Below, piece after piece: positions 42,474-49,497 of a stretch of 57,716 nucleotides of DNA. Position numbers and translations under genes: made by a program. The notes beneath the pieces were generated by a model that worked only from the letters and a program-made list of their open reading frames with translations, was not told the DNA's origin and made no database searches. Source of the DNA: a virus; IMG/VR virus record IMGVR_UViG_3300050501_000396. One strand, 5' to 3'. Within the stretch, counting starts at the first letter, position 1. Every line of letters begins with the position of its first letter.

Positions 42474-42639
42474 CGGGCGGCTCCGGCTTCTTGACCACGG
42501 TCTGCGCGAGCATCTTCTCCGCGCAACTGTGGTGCACGCGGACCAGCGTCCCCGCCTCGTTAGGCACGACGCGGTAGAATGGGCCCGTCTCATGGCCACA
42601 CCAGGAGCAGAAGGTGCGGCCGGTCGTGGTGTCGCTCAT
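42463..42639 (-). CDS. small zinc-binding protein (58 aa)
   Basis: ATG 42639 (1-nt overlap with the upstream stop); CSWCGH...HHSC. Confidence 0.45.
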   Translation of the reverse strand: MSDTTTGRTFCSWCGHETGPFYRVVPNEAGTLVRVHHSCAEKMLAQTVVKKPEPPDAA

Positions 42640-42773
42640 CAGTTCCACCTCAGCGGGTCGTCGACCTCACGCGGCGCCGGCGCGGGGCGCTCAACCAGCC
42701 CCCGGACGACACCCCGGACCAGGCCGTGGACCATGCCGAGCACGGCGCCTGTGAGGACAGCGAGAGCGGTCAC
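42639..42773 (-). CDS. small membrane protein (44 aa)
   Basis: Below the track cutoff; GTG 42773 (GTGA overlap with the RusA stop); TALAVLTGAVLGMVHGLV. Confidence 0.35.
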   Translation of the reverse strand: MTALAVLTGAVLGMVHGLVRGVVRGLVERPAPAPREVDDPLRWN

Positions 42774-43201
42774 GCCGGCACCCCCTCACCCCGCGGGGCG
42801 ATAGCGATCTCGAGGGCGTATTCCCCCACTCCACCCCGCCGTTGCTCGACTCGCCACGTGATGCGCGGATCCCGGTCGTCGACCCCGAGCAGCTCGGCCA
42901 CCTGGTCCCTCGCGGCCTTGCAGGCCCGGGCCGCGTTGTCATCGTCGAGCTGGCGCGGCGCGATCCGGGTAAGGTAGACGACCACGGGCAGCGCCGGCTG
43001 GCACGCGAACCGCGGGCACGTCCGAACCTTGTCGCCCTTTTTGGACGTCACCTGGACGAGGTGGACGGGGTGGCCTGCGTCGATGAACGCCGCCGTCACC
43101 GCCTGCCGCGCCGCCTTCGCCCGCATGGCCTTGAGCGACCAGTGGCCGTGCGACCCGTTGGCCTCCGACTCCAGGCGGATGGGGACATGGATGGTGATCA
43201 C
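42770..43201 (-). CDS. RusA-like Holliday junction resolvase
   Basis: GTG 43201 (GTGA overlap); LDDDNAARACKAARDQVAELLGVDD resembles the RusA D.DN..K...D catalytic block. Confidence 0.55.
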   Translation of the reverse strand: MITIHVPIRLESEANGSHGHWSLKAMRAKAARQAVTAAFIDAGHPVHLVQVTSKKGDKVRTCPRFACQPALPVVVYLTRIAPRQLDDDNAARACKAARDQVAELLGVDDRDPRITWRVEQRRGGVGEYALEIAIAPRGEGVPA

Positions 43202-44118
43202 GCCTGCACCTCGAAGATGTGCCCGCACTGGGGGCAGTCCACGACCTTCCCCGGCGGCTCAGCTGCCAGGGTCGACGCCTCCACGACCTCCGCCATGGCG
43301 CTGTAGCGGTCGGGCGGAGCGGCCTCGTTGCCGGCGTAGCCGTCCTCGACGAGCTCGCCGCCCGGCGCAGGGGCGTCGGATGGCGGAACGTCGCCCCCCT
43401 GGAGCTCGGGGTCGCCGTCGTAGTCCCGTCCGATGTCGCGCACCGGCTCGCCGTCGTCGGGCGCGTCCTGCGCCTCGTCCTTGACGTAGCGCGGCTTCGG
43501 CGCGGGCGCCGGGGCCGAGTCGTGGGTAATCATGCCCGCGGTCTTGGCGGCGCGCTTGGCCGCGCCACGAGCCTTGTTGGCCGCCCCGATCGCCGCGGTG
43601 TCGCGCACCTTGCCATCCGCGCCCTTGCGCTTGGAACTGGCCGGCAACTGTCCGCGGGCGGACAGTTCAGCGCGCACCTCGCCGACCAGAGTCGGGCCGA
43701 CGTGACACCGGCGCGCGATCTCGCGATCGCTCCACTCGGTCCATTCGGAGTCGAACAGCAGTAGCGACACCGCCTTGCGCTTGTCGTTGTCCGAGCGCAG
43801 CTTTCCGGCGTTCGCGCCGACGCTGAACAGGATGGCCTCACGCTGGCCGCCCTCGCGCACGAAGACAGCCATCGTCTTCTGCTTCGCCCTCTTTGCCGCC
43901 CACCACCGATGATGGCCATCGCCGATCCACGCCATCGAGCCATCCCAGAACACGTCGATAGCGGGGAACTCGTCGCCCTCCTTCATGTCGGCGGCGTACT
44001 GATCCACCGTAGCCGGGTCGAGGCCGTCGCGCGATTGCGTGCCCTCGCCTCGCAGCCACGTGATCGGGAAAGCGGCGTGATAGCCGCGCTGGACGTCGCC
44101 TTTCTTAGAGAGAGACAC
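43198..44118 (-). CDS. ParB-like nuclease domain protein
   Basis: DGSMAWIGDGHHRWWAAKRA (ParB/Srx N-terminal motif); C-terminal CPQCGH zinc ribbon. Confidence 0.7.
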   Translation of the reverse strand: MSLSKKGDVQRGYHAAFPITWLRGEGTQSRDGLDPATVDQYAADMKEGDEFPAIDVFWDGSMAWIGDGHHRWWAAKRAKQKTMAVFVREGGQREAILFSVGANAGKLRSDNDKRKAVSLLLFDSEWTEWSDREIARRCHVGPTLVGEVRAELSARGQLPASSKRKGADGKVRDTAAIGAANKARGAAKRAAKTAGMITHDSAPAPAPKPRYVKDEAQDAPDDGEPVRDIGRDYDGDPELQGGDVPPSDAPAPGGELVEDGYAGNEAAPPDRYSAMAEVVEASTLAAEPPGKVVDCPQCGHIFEVQA

Positions 44119-44734
44119 GAGTCACCCCCGCGATGGCGGTTAGTAGTGAGGCGTCGGGCTTGAACCACTCACCGCGCAGTCGGAACGAGTCGAACCGCTG
44201 ATGCCACTCGTCCTCCAACTCGCCGTCGCCGGCGGCCATGCCGACGAGCATGATCTCCTCAGGCGAGCCAATCTGGAGTTGCGTCAGCCTGCGAGCGATG
44301 TCATTGGTCGTGCCGATCTTGATCGGGCCGTTTCTGCCCGCCTGCACGAAGTAGACGACCGACGACGGAGGCACCGCCTCAGGGCGACCGAATGGGCACA
44401 ACCCCTGGGGCGGAAACGCGACGCGCGACCACGAGGCATCAGCCATCCCGACTCTGGCCAGCTCAAGCGAAACGGCCATCTCGCACATCGGCGACGAGTG
44501 ATGGCAACTGGCCTCGAGACTCGCGTCGTCGCTGTAGCCGACGCCACCGCCGTTGCCAAACGCGAACCAGTGAAACCATGGATTGGTGCACGGAGCGAGA
44601 TAGACCATCGCCCCGCGGCTGATGGTGCGTATCTTGGTCTCCTCCTCCATGACGATCGCGCCCACGTGGAGGTATCCGCCGAACCCGTCGTGCAGTCCGG
44701 GGCTGAACCCGAACTCATCGAATCCCTTCGCCAT
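44105..44734 (-). CDS. protein with C-terminal GIY-YIG-like T5orf172/MUG113 domain
   Basis: Trimmed to ATG 44734 (SD GGAGGAG); VYFVQAGRNGPIKIGTTNDIARRLTQLQIGSP...RGEWF. Confidence 0.6.
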   Translation of the reverse strand: MAKGFDEFGFSPGLHDGFGGYLHVGAIVMEEETKIRTISRGAMVYLAPCTNPWFHWFAFGNGGGVGYSDDASLEASCHHSSPMCEMAVSLELARVGMADASWSRVAFPPQGLCPFGRPEAVPPSSVVYFVQAGRNGPIKIGTTNDIARRLTQLQIGSPEEIMLVGMAAGDGELEDEWHQRFDSFRLRGEWFKPDASLLTAIAGVTRVSL

Positions 44735-45005
44735 GCCATCTCCTCCGCGCGCTATGCGCGCACCGTCGAGAAAAAGCGCCACCGAAGTGCCGACGTTTCT
44801 CTGCTCAGAGGCCCGAGTAGTCGGTGGCCAGCTACACCGTCGGAGTGGCCGGGCTTCTTTTCGGGCCCCGGCCGCGCACGTCGCCTTCACGCTCGAAACC
44901 CGCCGGCTCGAGGCCGGGAACTCGCTCTACCTGCTCGCGGCGGCCACTCTCGCCGCCACTTCGTGCCCAATCCGCACGCCCGAAACACGTGCACAGTCGC
45001 ACTGG

Positions 45006-45023
45006 GTGTCTCCGACCCTGCCG
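45006..45023 (-). promoter_or_regulatory. late-type motif copy M14 (3' half diverged) in the early intergenic region
   Basis: GACGGCAGGGTCGGAGACAC; 288 nt upstream of ATG 44734; a GTG lies 28 nt after GG but the ORF behind it looks non-coding. Confidence 0.35.
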
Positions 45024-45130
45024 TCGGGGAGCGGGGCAGTGGGCAATGCTGGGCCGCGTGCATTGGTCACACGGCCCGTCGCGTGCAATGCCCTCCGCTG
45101 GTACGATGGAGAGCGGAGGATTCCCCGACG

Positions 45131-45472
45131 ATGATCTGCACGCGCTGCTACGAATCCAACGTGTTTGGCGACGACAGCAAACCCATCACGAGGACCAACC
45201 GCACCGGCGTGATCCTCTGGCTCGCCTGGCTGGCGATGCCGGCCATAGGCTACCCGGTGGTGTTCACGCCGAATCCGGCGACCGGCGCGGTCGAGCCGAG
45301 CAGCACGGCCACGCTCATCGCGATCATCGTGATCGAATTGATCTTGGTCGTCGGCGCCGTCACCATCGGCCGCTCGATGCTCTGCTCGGCCTGCCACCAC
45401 GACGCCCTCATCCCGCGCACGACCGCACGCGGACGCCTGATCTTCGAGGAGCAGAAGAAGGCAGGCAAGTAG
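45131..45472 (+). CDS. membrane protein with split zinc ribbon (moron on the opposite strand)
   Basis: CTRC...two TM helices...CSAC; SD GGAGG; sub-ORF of 44201..45472. Confidence 0.6.
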   Translation: MICTRCYESNVFGDDSKPITRTNRTGVILWLAWLAMPAIGYPVVFTPNPATGAVEPSSTATLIAIIVIELILVVGAVTIGRSMLCSACHHDALIPRTTARGRLIFEEQKKAGK

Positions 45473-45477
45473 GGCGC

Positions 45478-46002
45478 TCACGCGGCACCTTCCACCGGCA
45501 CCAAGCGCCAATCACGAGTCCATGTGTGCGGACGGCCCCAAAGCTGCTCGAACGGGCAGCCGAGCGCCTCAGCTACTCGCTGCACGAGCCAGCGCGACGA
45601 TCTACCCCGGCACCCCTCGTACGACTCCCATGCTGCCGAGCGGACGCCTCTGCGAGCGGCGGCTTCCTCGATGCTGAGACCGGCGGCTTCGCGCGCCAGC
45701 CTTATGCGGAGGTTCAGACCGGGCTCGGCCTCGAGCACTACGCCGCGCGCGAATGTGCGACCCGCGCCGCGCACCTCGCCGCGAGCGGCCGACCGCTTCG
45801 CGTGACACGGAACGCACACCGGCTGGACGTCCAGGGCCGCGTCGCCTTCGTAGCCCCGGTGATGGTCGTACTGTGCGGCCTCGCCCCGACAGTCGAAGCA
45901 GAAGGAATCGCGCGGGTGCGGGATGTCGCCACGCCGCACAAGCGCGTTGACCTTCTGCCGCGCTGCTTGCCGCCGGAGCGCTTCTCCGGTGAGGCGGGTC
46001 AT
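45478..46002 (-). CDS. regulatory protein: HNH-like zinc finger + XRE-type HTH
   Basis: CFDCRG...YDHHRGY...PVCVPCH N-terminus; LRIRLAREAAGLSIEEAAARRGV HTH; second gene of the rightward-type operon. Confidence 0.55.
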   Translation of the reverse strand: MTRLTGEALRRQAARQKVNALVRRGDIPHPRDSFCFDCRGEAAQYDHHRGYEGDAALDVQPVCVPCHAKRSAARGEVRGAGRTFARGVVLEAEPGLNLRIRLAREAAGLSIEEAAARRGVRSAAWESYEGCRGRSSRWLVQRVAEALGCPFEQLWGRPHTWTRDWRLVPVEGAA

Positions 46003-46236
46003 CTACGCGGCCTCTCCGCCATCGATCTCGCCGGCGTCGGACACGTCGTCCCAGGACGCGACCGGAATCCCTGCTTCCTGCTCAAGCTTGAGCGCACTCG
46101 AGAGCGCCGGTTGCGTGCCGCGTTCCCAGCGCGACAGTTGCGTCGGGTCGAACCCCAAGCGCACCGCCGCCTGGAACTGTGTGAGCCCTTCGGCCAAGCG
46201 CCACGCGCGCAAGAGAGAGGCACCTCGTGTGGTCAT
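46003..46236 (-). CDS. Cro-like XRE-family HTH regulator
   Basis: LRAWRLAEGLTQFQAAVRLGFDPTQLSRWERG; divergent from the cI-like gene. Confidence 0.75.
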   Translation of the reverse strand: MTTRGASLLRAWRLAEGLTQFQAAVRLGFDPTQLSRWERGTQPALSSALKLEQEAGIPVASWDDVSDAGEIDGGEAA

Positions 46237-46243
46237 TGATGCC

Positions 46244-46259
46244 TAGGCTAATGAGCCTA
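46244..46259. promoter_or_regulatory. operator-like palindrome O1
   Basis: TAGGC-TAATGA-GCCTA; overlaps the -10 of the cro-side promoter. Confidence 0.5.
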
Positions 46260-46273
46260 TGCGACCATGTCAA
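46245..46273 (-). promoter_or_regulatory. sigma70-like promoter for the cro-like operon (leaderless layout)
   Basis: Minus sense TTGACA-17 nt-TAGCCT, then 8 nt to ATG 46236. Confidence 0.55.
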
Positions 46274-46301
46274 GGGCCAAACGTCCTAGGATCAGCTCAC
46301 G

Positions 46302-46595
46302 GTGGCCAAACTCAAGAACGATCCACGGGCTCAGAAGCTTCATACGGTGCTCGCTGAGAATCTACGACTCGCGCGCGAGCGGCCCGGCTTGGACATCTCT
46401 CAGGACGAGGCTGCTCGTCGCTCAAGGATCGCAGCGAACACCATCTCCAGATACGAGCGCGGTCAGGCCGTTCCTGGCATAGCTGCGATCAAGGCCCTCG
46501 CCGATGTCTACGGCGTCACCGTGGATGATCTCCTCTCTGACCGTCCCTCCTTCATGACGTCCAGCCCGAAGTCGCACCCCCGCGCGACGAACTAG
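46302..46595 (+). CDS. CI-like XRE-family repressor
   Basis: GTG start; LAENLRLARERPGLDISQDEAARRSRIAANTISRYERG; divergent from cro. Confidence 0.7.
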   Translation: MAKLKNDPRAQKLHTVLAENLRLARERPGLDISQDEAARRSRIAANTISRYERGQAVPGIAAIKALADVYGVTVDDLLSDRPSFMTSSPKSHPRATN

Positions 46596-46649
46596 TTTCA
46601 GCCCCAACCGGGTCCGGTGGACCCTCGCACACAGCCGCATGCTCAGACT

Positions 46650-46693
46650 TAGGCTAATTCGCCTTGACAGGTACGCCTAGGCGAATTAGGCTT
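46650..46693. promoter_or_regulatory. operator-like sites O2 and O3 forming an 11-bp perfect inverted repeat
   Basis: TAGGCTAATTCGCCTT (46650-65) and TAGGCGAATTAGGCTT (46678-93); CTAATTCGCCT/AGGCGAATTAG bracket the -35. Confidence 0.5.
46664..46692 (+). promoter_or_regulatory. sigma70-like early-left-type promoter (leaderless layout)
   Basis: TTGACA-17 nt-TAGGCT, then 7 nt to ATG 46700. Confidence 0.55.
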
Positions 46694-46699
46694 CTGGAC

Positions 46700-47050
46700 A
46701 TGCTCGCAACGGACATCGCCTCTGTCCTGTCCGCGGCCCGTGACTCTCGCGACACCGCGCGAGCCCAGGCGCAGCTATCGCTCGCCCAGGTCGAGGCCGG
46801 CGAGGACGGGGTAGACGCCGCCGACGCGGCGATCGCGGCGGCGCAGCGGGCGTTTGACGCGTACGCCCGCCTGGAGCGCGCTCGGTCGGCGGAAGCCCGG
46901 CACGCGAAGTCTGCGTGGCTCGAGGCGCGGCGCTGGGCGGATGCGGCTGAGAAGGCGACTACTGCGCTCGTCGAGGACGAGCCCGCCGACTACGCAGACC
47001 GCAGGGACGACGCGAGGTGCGAGCGCTACGAAGCCGACCGAGACCGCTAG
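46700..47050 (+). CDS. hypothetical Ala/Arg/Asp-rich helical protein (116 aa)
   Basis: Track ORF 46664.. trimmed to its first ATG; the track start is the -35 TTG. Confidence 0.5.
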   Translation: MLATDIASVLSAARDSRDTARAQAQLSLAQVEAGEDGVDAADAAIAAAQRAFDAYARLERARSAEARHAKSAWLEARRWADAAEKATTALVEDEPADYADRRDDARCERYEADRDR

Positions 47051-47068
47051 CAACAGAGGAGGTCCGTC

Positions 47069-47332
47069 ATGGGGGGCTGTGGACATACGCAGGAGCAGCA
47101 CGACGCGATGAAGGCCGACGACGCCGTTTGGGCATCGCTGGTGCTGATCGGTTACCAGCTCGTTGACGACGAGTGCGACTTCGAGTTGCGCAACGTGCCC
47201 GGCACGGAGTGCACGCTCAGTCGTCGGTGCCATCTCACGCCCGACGAGCGCGAGGCGGCCAGGGCTGCGGCGCGGGCGAAGTACGATCGCTTCCGCGCGC
47301 AGGTCAACGAGGCGGTGGGGCGCCATGCGTGA
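47069..47332 (+). CDS. hypothetical protein (87 aa)
   Basis: Track ORF with SD GGAGG. Confidence 0.55.
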   Translation: MGGCGHTQEQHDAMKADDAVWASLVLIGYQLVDDECDFELRNVPGTECTLSRRCHLTPDEREAARAAARAKYDRFRAQVNEAVGRHA

Positions 47333-47639
47333 CGCCGACGTCCTCATCGCGATGGCCCTCTCCCCGTGGGAGTTCGCGCAACAGGCCGCAGAGAACGGCC
47401 CTGCCGGCGACCCGTGGCACGCTCAGCGCGCCGCTATCACCGGCGACCTCGCCCATGCCCTGGAGTTCGGAGCGCCGCAGTTGCCGCCGCTGCCACGCGA
47501 GGTCGTGGCGGTGATCGAGGCGATGGCCAGCGTCCCCGTCTACTGCGAGGACGAGATCAGCGAGGCGATCGACCTGCTGGTGTACCCGAAGACGATCCGC
47601 GTCGGAACGGACATCAGCTGGACCTTGGAGGGGGAGTAG
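47325..47639 (+). CDS. hypothetical protein (104 aa)
   Basis: Trimmed to ATG 47325 (8-nt overlap). Confidence 0.5.
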   Translation: MRDADVLIAMALSPWEFAQQAAENGPAGDPWHAQRAAITGDLAHALEFGAPQLPPLPREVVAVIEAMASVPVYCEDEISEAIDLLVYPKTIRVGTDISWTLEGE

Positions 47640-47813
47640 ATGCGCGCCATCCTGTTCGTGACTTCGCTGTACGTCTGGCCGATCGCTGCCGCGGTCGTCC
47701 TCGGGACGCTGCCGGCGTTCGCGGCCTGGTGGCTGTGGAGCCGGGGGCGGTTGGCGTGGCGGCGGCTGCGCGCCCTGAAGGCGGTACGGCTCGCGGGTGA
47801 GGTGAAGCCGTGA
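47640..47813 (+). CDS. small membrane protein (57 aa)
   Basis: Below the track cutoff; ILFVTSLYVWPIAAAVVLGTLPAFAAWWLW; abuts neighbours (TAGATG / GTGA). Confidence 0.4.
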   Translation: MRAILFVTSLYVWPIAAAVVLGTLPAFAAWWLWSRGRLAWRRLRALKAVRLAGEVKP

Positions 47814-48157
47814 GGGTCCGCCTGCACTACGTCCCGTTCATGCCGCGCACGCTGTGCGGACTGAGCGACGATGATCAGGAGATCCGCTGGACGCCCTCGC
47901 GCTCGGAGTTCTTCGCCGACACCTACCGGTGCTCGAAGTGCGCGCGCAAGCTGCAGCCTACGGAGTCCCAGATCAGCTTGATGCGCTGGCTCGCCGACGG
48001 GAACGAGCCGGGCAACTGGGAGGCTCGCGGCACGTCCGCGATCACGTTCTGGGCGCGCGAGCGCGTGCTCGACGCGCTGCTCGACAGGGGCTGGGTCGCC
48101 GAAGACTGGCACGTCACGCCGAGCGGACGCGAAGTCCTCGTCGAGGTGACGCGATGA
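47810..48157 (+). CDS. hypothetical protein (115 aa), C-terminal wHTH-like
   Basis: Track ORF. Confidence 0.5.
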   Translation: MRVRLHYVPFMPRTLCGLSDDDQEIRWTPSRSEFFADTYRCSKCARKLQPTESQISLMRWLADGNEPGNWEARGTSAITFWARERVLDALLDRGWVAEDWHVTPSGREVLVEVTR

Positions 48158-48351
48158 GCGTCCACCACCCCAACCGACCGCTTCGCGCGGAGAGCATCGC
48201 GCCGCTGACTCGGCGAGTACCCCGGGCCCTGCTTTTCCGCGGCTTCGCGGCGCGCAACCCGGATTGGCGCCGGCGGCTGGCCGTCATCGAGAACTATGCG
48301 CGCTGGCATGGCCGAGCGTTGGTCGTCGTCCACGTGGAGGTGAAGCCATGA
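48154..48351 (+). CDS. hypothetical protein (65 aa)
   Basis: ATG 48154 (ATGA overlap). Confidence 0.4.
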   Translation: MSVHHPNRPLRAESIAPLTRRVPRALLFRGFAARNPDWRRRLAVIENYARWHGRALVVVHVEVKP

Positions 48352-48434
48352 TCGTGATCGTTTGGGCTGCGCTGATCGTTGGAGGCGCCGGCCTCGTCGC
48401 CGCCGGGCTGGCGGAGTTCTGGGGGCTGCCGTGA
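48348..48434 (+). CDS. tiny membrane ORF (28 aa), doubtful
   Basis: ATGA overlap; MIVIVWAALIVGGAGLVAAGLAEFWGLP. Confidence 0.25.
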   Translation: MIVIVWAALIVGGAGLVAAGLAEFWGLP

Positions 48435-48466
48435 GGGACCGCCTGAAGAAGCTGGAGGAGAAGTAG

Positions 48467-48787
48467 ATGCAGACCGTGGAAGTCGGGATCGAGGACGTCG
48501 AGGAGGCGCGCGCCGAGTTGGCTCTCGCGGAGAGCGAGTCGGCAAAGCGTGCGATGCGGCTCGCGGAGGAGGACGCCGACGAGGCCGTAGCGCTGTCGCG
48601 CGAAGACTCGGAGATGTCCTCGGCCTGGGCGAAGGCCGCGCGCGAGCACGCCGGGCTGGCCTTCGGCCATTTCACCCGGGCGCACCGGGCGGCGCCGGGG
48701 TCACCAGCGGCGAGGCAGGCCAAGCAGCACGCCGACCTAGCAGCCGGCTACGCGCATGCGGCGGAAGCTGCGGCGAGGAGGGACTAG
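48467..48787 (+). CDS. hypothetical acidic helical protein (106 aa)
   Basis: Track ORF. Confidence 0.5.
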   Translation: MQTVEVGIEDVEEARAELALAESESAKRAMRLAEEDADEAVALSREDSEMSSAWAKAAREHAGLAFGHFTRAHRAAPGSPAARQAKQHADLAAGYAHAAEAAARRD

Positions 48788-49270
48788 ATGGGGCTCGATA
48801 CTTCACACGGTTGCTGGCATGGCGCCTACTCGGCATTCATGCGCTGGCGCACGGAGATCGCGAAGGCGTCCGGCATCCCGCTGATGCTGATGGACGGGTT
48901 CCATCGGTGCCCGCCCGACTTCCACCCGCTCGTCCAGGCGGCGAAGGAGCATCGTGCGCGGCCTGACTTCAGCGGGTCCGGCTACGACCCACTCGCCTAC
49001 TGGGCGCTCGACGTCGACGACCTGTTGCCGCTGTCGTGGGACATGTTCAAGGGGCATCCCCTCGTGCCGCTCCTGAACCACTCCGACTGCGACGGAATCA
49101 TCGCGTCGTCCGACTGCGGCCCGCTCGCCGACTGCCTCGAGAGCCTGCTCGACAAGCTACCGGCCACGCCGGCCGGCGGTCACATCGGCGACTGGCGGGT
49201 GAAGACGCAGGCGTTCATCGACGGACTGCGCCGGGCGGCGGCGGCCGGCGAAGACGTGGACTTCCACTGA
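48788..49270 (+). CDS. hypothetical protein (160 aa)
   Basis: Track ORF; TAGATG junction. Confidence 0.55.
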   Translation: MGLDTSHGCWHGAYSAFMRWRTEIAKASGIPLMLMDGFHRCPPDFHPLVQAAKEHRARPDFSGSGYDPLAYWALDVDDLLPLSWDMFKGHPLVPLLNHSDCDGIIASSDCGPLADCLESLLDKLPATPAGGHIGDWRVKTQAFIDGLRRAAAAGEDVDFH

Positions 49271-49401
49271 TGACGCGGATCGGCCCGTTGGTGGTCATCC
49301 TGCTTGCGCTGGGCGACGGCTGCGGGATTGACGTACTGCGACCCGCATCGGGCCTTAGTAGATGGAGCGCCGTGGCCCCGGGCGCTGGAGACGGGGCATT
49401 C

Positions 49402-49471
49402 GCGGGCGTGGTGACAGCGGAAGACGCGCCAGGGGCACCTGGAGACGCAGGTTCGAATCCTGCCGCCTGCA
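49402..49471 (+). other. tRNA-like element (perfect T-arm and acceptor stem; aberrant D and anticodon arms)
   Basis: GCAGG-TTCGAAT-CCTGC T-arm (49447-63); GCGGGCG (49402-08) pairs with CGCCTGC (49464-70); discriminator A; the middle folds only as CCAGG-GGCA-CCTGG. Confidence 0.4.
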
Positions 49472-49497
49472 CGAACGGACACAGGAGGGCACAGACG

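Noticed and set aside
2502-45023. The repeated motif as a CRISPR array or generic REP/MITE element.
   Set aside because: Copies are kilobases apart and not regularly spaced. They have no flanking inverted repeats or target duplications. All are in one orientation at gene starts.
49402-49471. A functional canonical tRNA gene.
   Set aside because: It is only 70 nt. No D-stem pairs, and no 5-bp stem with a 7-nt loop exists for an anticodon arm. It is reported only as a tRNA-like element.
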